Shown piece after piece: positions 19,989 through 29,074 of a DNA stretch of 64,000 bases. A model generated the notes under the pieces. That model was not told the DNA's origin, made no database searches, and worked only from the letters and a program-made list of their open reading frames with translations. How positions within the stretch are numbered: the first letter of the stretch is position 1; each line of letters begins with the position of its first letter. Position numbers and translations under genes: made by a program. Source of the DNA: an uncultured Desulfosarcina sp. Lineage in GTDB: Bacteria; Desulfobacterota; Desulfobacteria; Desulfobacterales; Desulfosarcinaceae. The stretch is taken from the NCBI GenBank assembly GCA_963674945.2, contig CAXXWQ010000004.1, positions 384,001 to 448,000 on the forward strand, given 5' to 3'.

Positions 19989-21224
19989 TTATGTTGCGGT
20001 AAAATCGGACATAAAAGACGCCGGATCAATATAATCAAATGAAATGCCGAAATCGGTAAGCGCATTTCCTTGCAGGCCCAGAAAAATGGATGGATGCTTT
20101 TGCCGATGGATGTTGACTTTCGCATTAAATACACGACGGGTATACCCGTGCTTGTCCGAAAGCAGATATCGATTGATCTTGTAATGATCTCCCTTTCCCC
20201 TTTCTCCTGTGAGGTAGCATCGGATGTCTGAGATGTTGTCTCCGCCCAAGATGAGGTCGTTCAAACGGGACAATCGTTGCTGGGAACGTCCGATGAAATC
20301 GATGGTATCGACACCGATCCAGTCACCGGCATCGGAATCATACATGGAGGTATGGAAATCACCCATCAGAATCTGTCCTTCGCGCGCACTTTCACTCATC
20401 CGCGCGAGTTCGATGGTGACATCGCCCACAATGTAGCTGAATGTCGTTGGATTCAGCCCCTCGGACTGATAGAATTCGTAATGCCCCCCCACATGAAAGC
20501 AGGTACGTAACAACGGTGCCGTGTTCTTGCGTACCTTTTTCCGAGCGATCGCATTTTCCGCTAAAACCAGATGCATGAAGTGGTACAGATCCACGTTGGA
20601 ATGGATGCCACGATCCCGATTCCAGATGTAAAATCCGTCGCCGGTGTTGGTTCGAGCGAATCGAATCTCGACATCCAGATCCATAAGTTTGCTGTAGGCA
20701 GTATTGACGGAATAGGACAAGCTGTTGAGCTGCGTTACTTGTTCCAAGGGTGAATAGTGTGAAAATCCGACGATATCGAACAATGCCACCGCACGATCTT
20801 CCACCAGCGTGATGCTGTATCGCTTCACCAAAGAATCGATGGTCTCTTCCGGGAGCCCTTCTCCGGGTGTAAATGGCAAATCGATATGCAATGGGCTGGC
20901 ATGCAACAATCTTGCCGCATGCTCCAATTTCTCACCGGAGATCTTTTTGGGGCCGGATACGATCTTTTGAAGGAACGTTTTAAGACCGCTTTCGCCATCA
21001 CCGGATGAAAGCTTTGTGTCGGTGATAACTTCTCCGATGGCATAATGGGGAATGACGAGAAGATCCATTCCTTTGTAGCAAGGAGCCCACACGAGGATGA
21101 TATTTCGCCCGAGTGCCCAAAGGTCATACAGGAGATCATCCATGTGAAAGAGGTCGGCCTGGGCCACCCCATTTCCCGTCTCCTTTGCCTGAAACAATTG
21201 GGTCCATGATAATCGTTTCATCAT
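19989..21224 (-). CDS. Divergent class III nucleotidyl cyclase-like protein
   Basis: AVALFDIVGFS, TGDGFYI, LRTCFHVG, IVGDVTIELARM..A..GQIL follow the class III cyclase motif order. ATG 21224 overlaps the pqiC stop (ATGA). Confidence 0.62.
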   Translation of the reverse strand: MMKRLSWTQLFQAKETGNGVAQADLFHMDDLLYDLWALGRNIILVWAPCYKGMDLLVIPHYAIGEVITDTKLSSGDGESGLKTFLQKIVSGPKKISGEKLEHAARLLHASPLHIDLPFTPGEGLPEETIDSLVKRYSITLVEDRAVALFDIVGFSHYSPLEQVTQLNSLSYSVNTAYSKLMDLDVEIRFARTNTGDGFYIWNRDRGIHSNVDLYHFMHLVLAENAIARKKVRKNTAPLLRTCFHVGGHYEFYQSEGLNPTTFSYIVGDVTIELARMSESAREGQILMGDFHTSMYDSDAGDWIGVDTIDFIGRSQQRLSRLNDLILGGDNISDIRCYLTGERGKGDHYKINRYLLSDKHGYTRRVFNAKVNIHRQKHPSIFLGLQGNALTDFGISFDYIDPASFMSDFTAT

Positions 21225-21835
21225 TCTTCCTGAAAATTGTGAATGGCGCTTGCCATCTGGCGGCACAATTCGGCAAGAACCTCGCTGTGGGCCTCAGCCA
21301 GAGATTCGAACCCCTTGTCCGCCATGGGTACAGAAAGGATTGTCTGCCGTGGCCCGATGGCAATGCTTTTGTCGTCACGGAACAAGGACCAGACGGCGCT
21401 GAGCGACACCGTCTGGTCGGCATTTGCAATCAAGGAACCAATCTGGAGCGAAAGGGAGAAATCCGGTTTGCAGCCGATTGGCCATGGAACGTTCACGAAC
21501 TGGAAACGGGGCAATAACGTATTCAGGTTCTCTTCAATCAGTTGCTGCACCAATCGGTCCAAATAATTGGCCCACCGATGATAGGGAGAAATCTCCAGCC
21601 GATAGGCAGAGGTTCTTCTCATCATTTGTGTACGTGCAAGGTATCCCGGCACAACGACACTGCGAATACCGATGACCATGGGTGACAGGTCGCCTTCGGC
21701 AAAGTCGGATTCTGATGATGGTTCGACGGCGCTCAAGGTATAGTAGGAAACAGAAGGTGTGAAAGATCGGCACCCCGAAACGGCAAATATCAGTCCGGTA
21801 ATAAAAATAAGCGATGAGGACCGTATGCGACTCAC
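21221..21835 (-). CDS. pqiC: PqiC-family lipoprotein
   Basis: Lipobox VSGC, YYTL, PGYLAR, HRWA..L; follows pqiB with GTGA overlap. Confidence 0.82.
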   Translation of the reverse strand: MSRIRSSSLIFITGLIFAVSGCRSFTPSVSYYTLSAVEPSSESDFAEGDLSPMVIGIRSVVVPGYLARTQMMRRTSAYRLEISPYHRWANYLDRLVQQLIEENLNTLLPRFQFVNVPWPIGCKPDFSLSLQIGSLIANADQTVSLSAVWSLFRDDKSIAIGPRQTILSVPMADKGFESLAEAHSEVLAELCRQMASAIHNFQEE

Positions 21836-23514
21836 GGTTCTTCTCCTTTTCCGAAAACAATTGCGTCGGGATGCCTCTCCAGATAATCCGCCAAGGCTTC
21901 CACGGCCCGGGCGGTTTCCTGTAGTTCCAGAAGAAGGCGGTTCAGGTTTTCGAAGGCGGGTGCGCCCTGGTCCAACATGGTCGCAGCACTGGATAAGACC
22001 GCTTTCCCTTGCGCCAGTGATTCTTTCGCCTGGTCGAGTACGCCGTTCATCTTTATCAATGTCCCGTCGTTGAAATCCCCGGTGACCTTCTTAAATTCGG
22101 CAAAACTTTGATCGATATTGTGTATGGCACTTTCCAGGGATTCGGAGCCGATCATCGCCGTTACCTGCCGGGCGGCTTCACGGATTTCCCCGATTGTCTC
22201 ATCCAGCGGGAGACGTTCCAGCCGAGCCAGGAACCGTTTGGCCGTGGCAGCGATCTCCTCCACCGTGTTGGGAATCGTGGGCAGTACCGGGTAGGCGTCC
22301 GTTTTCAGGATTTTTTGGTAGGGGGCATCGGGGTAAATGCGCAGACACACGTAACTCTGACCGGTAATCAGGTTTCCCGTGCGCAACTGGGCGCGAAGCC
22401 CTTTTTCCACCAACTCCTCCACCAGCTTAAATCCGGGGACGGCGGATTCTCCGGCGAATTCGATCCGATCCGGTTCGATGGCGATGAGAACCGGAATCCG
22501 AAAGGTCAGAGCGTCCTGATTAAACAATAGCCGGATATTGACCACCTCTCCGATCTTGATGCCATAAAATTCCACTGGCGCCCCCGCCGACAGGCCCCGA
22601 ACGCTCTCTTCGATATAAAGGAGATAGTACACCCGGTAGCTGTAACTTGCGGCATTGGCGGCTTCACGATTGTCGTACAGGGTAAAAATATGGTTGGCAG
22701 ATGGCGCCGGCATCGTTTGTTGTCCGTCTGCCGTAAAAAAAGATATCCCCCCCACAAGCAAACTGGCCAAAGAGGGGGTATCGACACGCACCCCTTCCGC
22801 TGTGATGTTCACGTTCAATCCACTGGTGTTGTAAAACCGGGAATCCCGTTTCACCTGAACGTCGTAGGGCGACTTGACGAAAATTTCCAGAAGAACGCCG
22901 GTTCCGTCTTTGGCCATGTCCACGTCAGTGACGCGCCCCACCTTGACCTGGCGGTAATATACCGGTGAACCGATGTCCAGGGATCCCAATTGTTCGGCCC
23001 TCAGTTTGAACTGACGACCCGGTGTTTCCGGCAGAATGGCCGGCGGTTTTTCCCTTCCCTCGAAGCGATATACAGTTTTGCCCGGATCACCGGGAATCAT
23101 ACCGATATAGGCACCGGTAAGCAAAGTACCAATACCGGAGACCTCTCCCACGGCCACACGCGCCCGAACCACCCAGAACTTTGTATTTTCAGTTAAATGA
23201 ACGGCGACCTCCCTGCTCATGGCCGCCGTCACCAGTACTTGAGAAAGGTCGTCGCTGAGCTGTATGTTATCGACCTTGCCCACGGTGACATCTTTGTACT
23301 TGATTTGGGTTTTTCCGGGAACCAGGCCTTCTGCAGATTTGAATATGATGGTGATGGTAGGCCCGGTTTCCCGAACACTCTTAACGCCCAGCCATATGGC
23401 AACCAAGGCCGCGATAAGCGGAATCAACCACACGATGGAAAAACGCCGCCCACGTTGGATCTCGGGTTCGGGAATTGTTCGGTCTTCAACCGCGTCAACG
23501 GGCAATTGCGTCAT
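21832..23514 (-). CDS. pqiB: PqiB intermembrane transport protein (three MCE/MlaD domains)
   Basis: SIVWLIPLIA, AEGLVPGKT.IKYKDV.VG, LGSLDIGSPVYYR, VRGLSAGAPVEFYG, LERHPDA. Confidence 0.92.
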   Translation of the reverse strand: MTQLPVDAVEDRTIPEPEIQRGRRFSIVWLIPLIAALVAIWLGVKSVRETGPTITIIFKSAEGLVPGKTQIKYKDVTVGKVDNIQLSDDLSQVLVTAAMSREVAVHLTENTKFWVVRARVAVGEVSGIGTLLTGAYIGMIPGDPGKTVYRFEGREKPPAILPETPGRQFKLRAEQLGSLDIGSPVYYRQVKVGRVTDVDMAKDGTGVLLEIFVKSPYDVQVKRDSRFYNTSGLNVNITAEGVRVDTPSLASLLVGGISFFTADGQQTMPAPSANHIFTLYDNREAANAASYSYRVYYLLYIEESVRGLSAGAPVEFYGIKIGEVVNIRLLFNQDALTFRIPVLIAIEPDRIEFAGESAVPGFKLVEELVEKGLRAQLRTGNLITGQSYVCLRIYPDAPYQKILKTDAYPVLPTIPNTVEEIAATAKRFLARLERLPLDETIGEIREAARQVTAMIGSESLESAIHNIDQSFAEFKKVTGDFNDGTLIKMNGVLDQAKESLAQGKAVLSSAATMLDQGAPAFENLNRLLLELQETARAVEALADYLERHPDAIVFGKGEEP

Positions 23515-24142
23515 CACGTCTCTCCCGTGCATCCCAGATCAATCTTGGATCAAAGTTCATGGCGGCAAGCATGGTAAGGACAACCACGGCGGCAAAATAA
23601 ATAATACCGGCGCCCGCTTCGATGGTGGACACATAGCCGAGGCGAACCAGCGCTACCAGCACCGTAACCACAAACACATCCAACATTGACCATCGTCCGA
23701 TCAATTCCGTGATGCGAAACAGCCGTGTCCGCTCTTCGGGCCGCCAATCAGAACGTCTTTGGATCGAAATCAATAATCCCATGAGAACGACTAATTTTGC
23801 AATGGGTACGATGATACTGGCAACGAAAATAATCAATGCGATCCCCCAGGATCCACTGCTCATAAAGTAGCTCACACCGCTAACAATCGTATCTGCCTGG
23901 CTGCTGCCAAAATAGGTGGTAACCGTCACCGGCAATATGTTTGCGGGAACATAGAAGATCAACGCAGCGATTACCAAAGCCCAGGTTCGTTCAATGCTGT
24001 TTGGTTTTCTACAATGGAGAGAAGATCCGCAGCGGGGGCATCGGACCCGCTTCCCGCTTTCGTTGATCGGTGGCCGTTGAACCAGCAGGTTGCACATGTG
24101 ACAATTGAGTAGTCCTGCATCTTTGGCCGTGAAGGATTTCAT
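23495..24142 (-). CDS. pqiA: Paraquat-inducible protein A (C-terminal-half paralog)
   Basis: CHMC..CPRCG, PANILP, IGRWSMLDVFVV, FDPRLIWD. Confidence 0.9.
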   Translation of the reverse strand: MKSFTAKDAGLLNCHMCNLLVQRPPINESGKRVRCPRCGSSLHCRKPNSIERTWALVIAALIFYVPANILPVTVTTYFGSSQADTIVSGVSYFMSSGSWGIALIIFVASIIVPIAKLVVLMGLLISIQRRSDWRPEERTRLFRITELIGRWSMLDVFVVTVLVALVRLGYVSTIEAGAGIIYFAAVVVLTMLAAMNFDPRLIWDARERRDDAIAR

Positions 24143-24756
24143 CGGGCTTTTTCCATCTTCATCCAAATAGTGAACGGATCCAATGAAACATTGACGGCGG
24201 CCACAACAAATACCAAGACAAGAAATGAAAAAAGCGCCGGCCCCGGAACGATGGTGGCCATCTTGGCAAGTTTTACCACCGAAACAAGAATTCCGAGAAA
24301 AAAAATCTCAGGCATGCTCCATTGCCGAAGGGACAGAGCGAAACGAAATACATGACGGGAGGCCGGCAGGCGGCCACCGACCTGTATGGGACAGAGAACA
24401 TAGATCAACGAGCCCAAAAAGAGACCTGGGAAAAGGATGCTGGTGAGCAGAACGAGAAGGGCCAACCCAGGCATGTGTTGTTTGGAAAGGATGATCGTGC
24501 CGGTGATCAAGGCAGTTTCCAGTGTGTTTCCCTGGGACACCAATGAAAGGAACGGGTAGGTGTTGGCAATGAGCAACAGTATTAATCCGGTGATGGCCAA
24601 TGCGAACGTCCGGTTGATGGAACGGGGGAAGCACGCATACAACATGGCGCCGCATCGGACGCATCGGGCTTTGCTTTTGCGGTGCAGGGACTGGTCCTTG
24701 ATGCGATGTAATAAATCACATTCGTGACAGGCGATCAGCGTTTGTGTCGTGGCCAC
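24139..24756 (-). CDS. pqiA: Paraquat-inducible protein A (N-terminal-half paralog)
   Basis: IACHECDLL, CVRCG, IANTYPFL, WSMPEIFFLGILVSVVKL; stop overlaps next ATG. Confidence 0.9.
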   Translation of the reverse strand: MATTQTLIACHECDLLHRIKDQSLHRKSKARCVRCGAMLYACFPRSINRTFALAITGLILLLIANTYPFLSLVSQGNTLETALITGTIILSKQHMPGLALLVLLTSILFPGLFLGSLIYVLCPIQVGGRLPASRHVFRFALSLRQWSMPEIFFLGILVSVVKLAKMATIVPGPALFSFLVLVFVVAAVNVSLDPFTIWMKMEKAR

Positions 24757-25173
24757 GGAGCACCTATGGTTCCTAATCTTGTTTCCTCGAGAAAAGATTT
24801 CTCCTCGAAGGATAGACGTGACAATGGTAATGAAATGGTTAAATTATCGTTAAAATACCACTATTTCCAAAGTCATGCAATGGTTACATAGGTGAAGACG
24901 GGACCGATCAAAATGAACAGTGCCGCCGCCTGGGAGCATCGGCTGCGGCGCGAAAAAGGGAAAAAGGGGGCAACGCCAGTCCGCAAAGCGGATGGATTGG
25001 GTATACGGCCATCGACCGGATTTCCAAAAGAACGACAATGGTTTCATTGCCTGGTTTGATTCCGGATGCGACACATTCGGTTTGAACACGACGAATCGAG
25101 AATTACGGTGGTGTCACTCGGTCTGTGCATTGGGTACAAAGGGGTGTCGAAGCGACGAAACCGGAGGATTGAC

Positions 25174-25208
25174 AAGAAAATTCAAGTCAATGATTCATGC
25201 GACTTGAA
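25174..25208 (-). terminator. Putative intrinsic terminator of the 52-aa ORF
   Basis: TTCAAGTC ... GACTTGAA stem followed by TTTTCTT on the minus strand. Confidence 0.45.
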
Positions 25209-25353
25209 TATCGGGCCTTCCCTTTCGCCGGCGAATCACCTTCACGACTGTGGGTGTCGTTTTTTTCTTTTCATCGTCATTCAGGTCTTGGTCGGCCTGG
25301 GAAAATAGCTGTATTAATTTGGCTTCAATCTTTTTTCGTTTGTTCTCATCCAT
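25195..25353 (-). CDS. Small hypothetical protein (52 aa) below the ORF-track cutoff
   Basis: Hand translation: MDENKRKKIEAKLIQLFSQADQDLNDDEKKKTTPTVVKVIRRRKGRPDIQVA; terminator-like hairpin at its stop. Confidence 0.55.
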   Translation of the reverse strand: MDENKRKKIEAKLIQLFSQADQDLNDDEKKKTTPTVVKVIRRRKGRPDIQVA

Positions 25354-25771
25354 CAGTTCTTGTGCCACTGCTTTCTTCTGTGTTGAAATGTTGCCGTCGT
25401 TTTCGTCTGATGTTCATCGGCATCTCCCGGAGATTCATTAGGTAAACACGGCCTATCGCCTTCGTGGTTACCCACAAACCACCTGCCGTCTAAGGATTTT
25501 TTTCTTACTATCGCTTTATATAAAGGGAAGGTAAAAATCACTTACTGTAGGAGGTACCAAATCTCAACCAATGGGCTTCAATTTGTTGGCCCTCCATAAA
25601 ACAATTTGTTGCTTTTTGCAAGGATAAAATAGACACAATCGATTCCTCGGAAAGAAGTGGGGAAACAGGGACAATTCTGCCACATACGGAAAATTCATTT
25701 TGCTTAAGTTTTCTGTATTTTGCCGGATATTAAAAAATGATCAATACTGCATGTTCACCACTATACGATGA

Positions 25772-26659
25772 ATGGAGAATGGTATGAAAACACTGAAACG
25801 ATTGGCTGTGTTGAGAGGTAATAACGCCTTTTGTTTATTCATGGTCTTGCTTTCCGCAGCATTGCTTCTGTCATTTTACGGCTGCGGTGAAAGCGCCTTT
25901 GAAAGTCTTTCCAGCGATGATACCTTCGAAGCCCAAATGGAGGAAGCCAAGATCGCCTTAGATGACGCGGACTATACCCGGGCCATCGAGATTCTCGAGC
26001 GTCTGGAGAGTCAACACCCCGACAATCTGGAGGTCAAACAATATTTGAGCAATGCCTATGCGGGCCTCGCCGGTCTGGATACGTATGATTTATTGGCAAC
26101 CATCGACGAACTGGACGAAGAGGGGAAAAACGGTAGCATCGACATGATCAGTACCGTTTTGGGAGACGCTGAGGGCAGACTTTCCAAAATCGAAGTCGGT
26201 GAAAAGCTCAGCCTGCTCGATGACGCCATCGAATATATGCAACTCACCCTTCCCTCCGGGGTTCAAGCCGATGTCTTCATCGCCGCTTCATCAACGGACG
26301 ACAGAATCGTTCAACGGGGAATTCTTGCCATGTCCCGTATCGTTTTGCTGATGGCGGATATGGTGTTAGACCAGTTGGGCATCACTGAGGTGGTTATGAC
26401 CGAAGCGGGCATCCGTATTCACTATGCCCACCAGGATCCTGATTTCGACGGTCTCTTCAACAACGAAATCGCTCTGAAGCTGGCAGCGGATATCCAGGCC
26501 ATCGACAACGCCATTTCGGCCCTCGCGCAACTATCGGGGAGCGATAACGATTTGCACGAAGATTTTACCAAGTTCATGAACGATTTGGACCGTGATGGCA
26601 ATTTGGTGATCGACCAATCGGAAATCGAAATGTATCTCATTGACATTCGAAACGGTTAA
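25772..26659 (+). CDS. Acidic lipoprotein with TPR-like helix pair and C-terminal EF-hand-like loop
   Basis: Hydrophobic stretch then FYGC lipobox; AKIALDDADYTRAIEILE..YLSNAYAG TPR-like; DRDGNLVIDQSE Ca-loop-like. Confidence 0.7.
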   Translation: MENGMKTLKRLAVLRGNNAFCLFMVLLSAALLLSFYGCGESAFESLSSDDTFEAQMEEAKIALDDADYTRAIEILERLESQHPDNLEVKQYLSNAYAGLAGLDTYDLLATIDELDEEGKNGSIDMISTVLGDAEGRLSKIEVGEKLSLLDDAIEYMQLTLPSGVQADVFIAASSTDDRIVQRGILAMSRIVLLMADMVLDQLGITEVVMTEAGIRIHYAHQDPDFDGLFNNEIALKLAADIQAIDNAISALAQLSGSDNDLHEDFTKFMNDLDRDGNLVIDQSEIEMYLIDIRNG

Positions 26660-26672
26660 AGGAGAATGGGAA

Positions 26673-27767
26673 ATGAATAAACGCTCGCTGTTTGTACCTA
26701 TCGTTTCCATGGTTCTCCTTCTCCTTTGCTGCCAGGGTGTGGGATTGGCAAAACCCTATCCGCGTTTTTATCAGGGCGTTCGCCCCATGGGCATGGGAGG
26801 AGCCTTTACCGCCGTTGCCGATGATGAAAATTCGCTGTTTTACAACCCTGCCGGACTTTCCAACATTTCGACCATAAACGTGGGAATCTTGAACCCCGTC
26901 GTGGATATCTCCGAAAATAGTATGGAACTGGTCGGCGACGCCGACGATACGGATATGGACGATACCGGCGAGGTGGCCGATCTGCTTCGGCAATACGCCG
27001 GAGAGAATCAGCATTTTCGGACGTCGCTATTTCCGCACGTGGGGTTTAATGTGGCCGACATCGGCATCATGATCGGTGGACTGGCCCAAGCCAACCTGGA
27101 TTCGGAGATCCGGAATCCCGTCTGGCCCGAAGCCCATGTGGATTTTGCCATCGACTACGGATTGGTTGGCGGCGTTGGTGCAAAAATCCCCTTCCAGGAT
27201 CTGAGATTGGGCGCCGCATTGAAAATCATCACACGCGAAAGCCTGCAAGAGGTCTATACCGCAACGGATATCGCAGATGACAATTTCGAGGATAACTTCG
27301 AAGACGACCTATCCACGGATACGGGAATCGCGTTGGATATCGGTACAATCTATACCCTCCCCTTCGTCGAATCCATACAGACGGATGTCGCATTGGCCAT
27401 TCAGAATCTGCCAACCATGGAATTTGGAGACGACATGGACGTAAAGACCCAGGCCAACGCTGGAATCGCTTTGAAAAAGTCCTTCCTCAAATTCAGTCTC
27501 ACAGGTGCCATCGATTACCTGGACCTGACCAACAACATCGGCGAAGAAGACGATTGGACAAAACGTCTTCATATGGGCGTTGAATTCAAACTCCCCTTGA
27601 TTCTTTCCCTTCGGGCGGGACTCAACCAGGGATATGGAACATTGGGAGCTACCGTCGACGTGTGGTTCATCCGTTTGGATTTCGCCACCTATGCCGAAGA
27701 GGTGGGTGCCCATTCCGGTCAGCGTAGTGACAGGCGATACATGGGCCAGCTTAGCATCGGCTGGTAA
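26673..27767 (+). CDS. TraF_2/PorV/FadL-like outer membrane beta-barrel protein
   Basis: Signal peptide, RPMGMGGAFTAVADDENSLFYNPAGL plug motif, LRAGLNQGY, C-terminal W. Confidence 0.78.
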   Translation: MNKRSLFVPIVSMVLLLLCCQGVGLAKPYPRFYQGVRPMGMGGAFTAVADDENSLFYNPAGLSNISTINVGILNPVVDISENSMELVGDADDTDMDDTGEVADLLRQYAGENQHFRTSLFPHVGFNVADIGIMIGGLAQANLDSEIRNPVWPEAHVDFAIDYGLVGGVGAKIPFQDLRLGAALKIITRESLQEVYTATDIADDNFEDNFEDDLSTDTGIALDIGTIYTLPFVESIQTDVALAIQNLPTMEFGDDMDVKTQANAGIALKKSFLKFSLTGAIDYLDLTNNIGEEDDWTKRLHMGVEFKLPLILSLRAGLNQGYGTLGATVDVWFIRLDFATYAEEVGAHSGQRSDRRYMGQLSIGW

Positions 27768-27983
27768 AATATCAGCGGAGCCCTTTTCCCATTGACAGGG
27801 TTACCATTTTTAAGATCTGTTTGTTCCGTGGGGCAAATGAGGGACGATGGAAGAGGGTTGAAAGATTAAGTTTTTTTTCGTCCCTCGTCTCGCGTCCTTC
27901 GTCTTTCCTCTTCAAACCCACCAATTACGGAAAATGAACCATCTTCTTTAAAATGTAAGGGAAAAAAGGGGGCCAATCAGGCC

Positions 27984-28667
27984 TCACCGCCACCACTCCA
28001 CCGAAAAATCGTTGGCGAGTGCAATTCGGTGAAGCTTTTTCGTCGGGTTGACGGCGACCTTCTGGCTGGCCAGGGAAAACATCGGCAGATCGCTGTGGTG
28101 GTCCGAATAGGCGGAAACTTGCCCAAGGGACATGGCGTCCATAACTTTTCGGGTAGCGATCTTTTTGTGTTCGCCATGGCAGTTGTTGCCGGCGATGCGT
28201 CCGGTCAACCGTCCCGATTCGTCCCAGTGTGCCCGCGTGCATACGATCACATCGAAACCGAGTTCCCTGCCCAGTCGATCCACGTAGAAGTCGAAACTGG
28301 CAGAGGATAGTATGAGGTAATCCCTTTTCTTTCGATGCTCTGAAATTCTTTCCAGAGCCTTACCGTTTACTCCGGAAGACAATATTTTTCCCACAAATCG
28401 TCTGGAAAATCGGTCGATGCGTTCTTTTGATGCCCCCTTTGCGATGGCTGTCAAAAATTTCTCTTTTAGCCACGCGTTGTTTCGCAAATTGCATTTATGC
28501 ATCAGCACCGCCCAAGGAAGCCAAAGACAGCGAAGAAAGCGAATCGGGTGGGCACGTAAATAAGCAAGCAAAAACTGAAGATAGGTGTCTTTTGCGCTGA
28601 TGGTGTGATCGAGGTCGAAAATGGCAACATCTTTCGCCTGTGTCATCTTCCCCGTTGCATCCCCCAC
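27984..28667 (-). CDS. HAD-IB family phosphatase
   Basis: IFDLDHTI, LSSAS, NCHGEHK, AYSDHHSDLPM..A..VAVNP. Confidence 0.9.
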   Translation of the reverse strand: MGDATGKMTQAKDVAIFDLDHTISAKDTYLQFLLAYLRAHPIRFLRCLWLPWAVLMHKCNLRNNAWLKEKFLTAIAKGASKERIDRFSRRFVGKILSSGVNGKALERISEHRKKRDYLILSSASFDFYVDRLGRELGFDVIVCTRAHWDESGRLTGRIAGNNCHGEHKKIATRKVMDAMSLGQVSAYSDHHSDLPMFSLASQKVAVNPTKKLHRIALANDFSVEWWR

Positions 28668-28688
28668 GTCCGGTTATTTCCTCTTTTG

Positions 28689-29054
28689 TTATTTGAAAGT
28701 GTAACAGGAATTGATACAAAAATTGGCGAGAAATACAATGCCTGTGGCAAACAATTGTGCAATCTTGTATTCAACCCCGAAATGCTGCCAGGCCAATTGA
28801 AAAATCAAAAGGTTCAGCACCAGCATGGAAAGTGTAATCACCACGTAACGGGCAAATGCCAGCCGATGCGATTGATTCGACCGAAACGTCCAAGTGTATT
28901 GGAGGTAATAGTTCACCATCGTGCCGGTGGTGAACCCCACGAAACTGCCAAAGGGCGGTGGCGCGGAAAACAATTCCACCAGCGCGATCATGACGGCGAA
29001 GTGAACCACAACGGCCGTGCCCCCGGACATAAAGTACTTGGCAAAGACGATCAA
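28689..29054 (-). CDS. GtrA-family membrane protein
   Basis: Four short TM helices, NYYLQYTWTF, AQLFATGIV..NF..N..YTF; TTG start with AGGAG SD. Confidence 0.88.
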   Translation of the reverse strand: MIVFAKYFMSGGTAVVVHFAVMIALVELFSAPPPFGSFVGFTTGTMVNYYLQYTWTFRSNQSHRLAFARYVVITLSMLVLNLLIFQLAWQHFGVEYKIAQLFATGIVFLANFCINSCYTFK

Positions 29055-29074
29055 ATTAAATTCTCCTTATCGCA

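Noticed and set aside
25705..25731. sigma28-like promoter before the lipoprotein (TTAAG-N14-CCGGATAT)
   Set aside because: Two mismatches in the -10 element and one in the -35; too weak to call.
26673..27767. TraF-like gene as evidence of a conjugative element
   Set aside because: No relaxase, T4SS, integrase or att sites in the window; this barrel family also occurs chromosomally.
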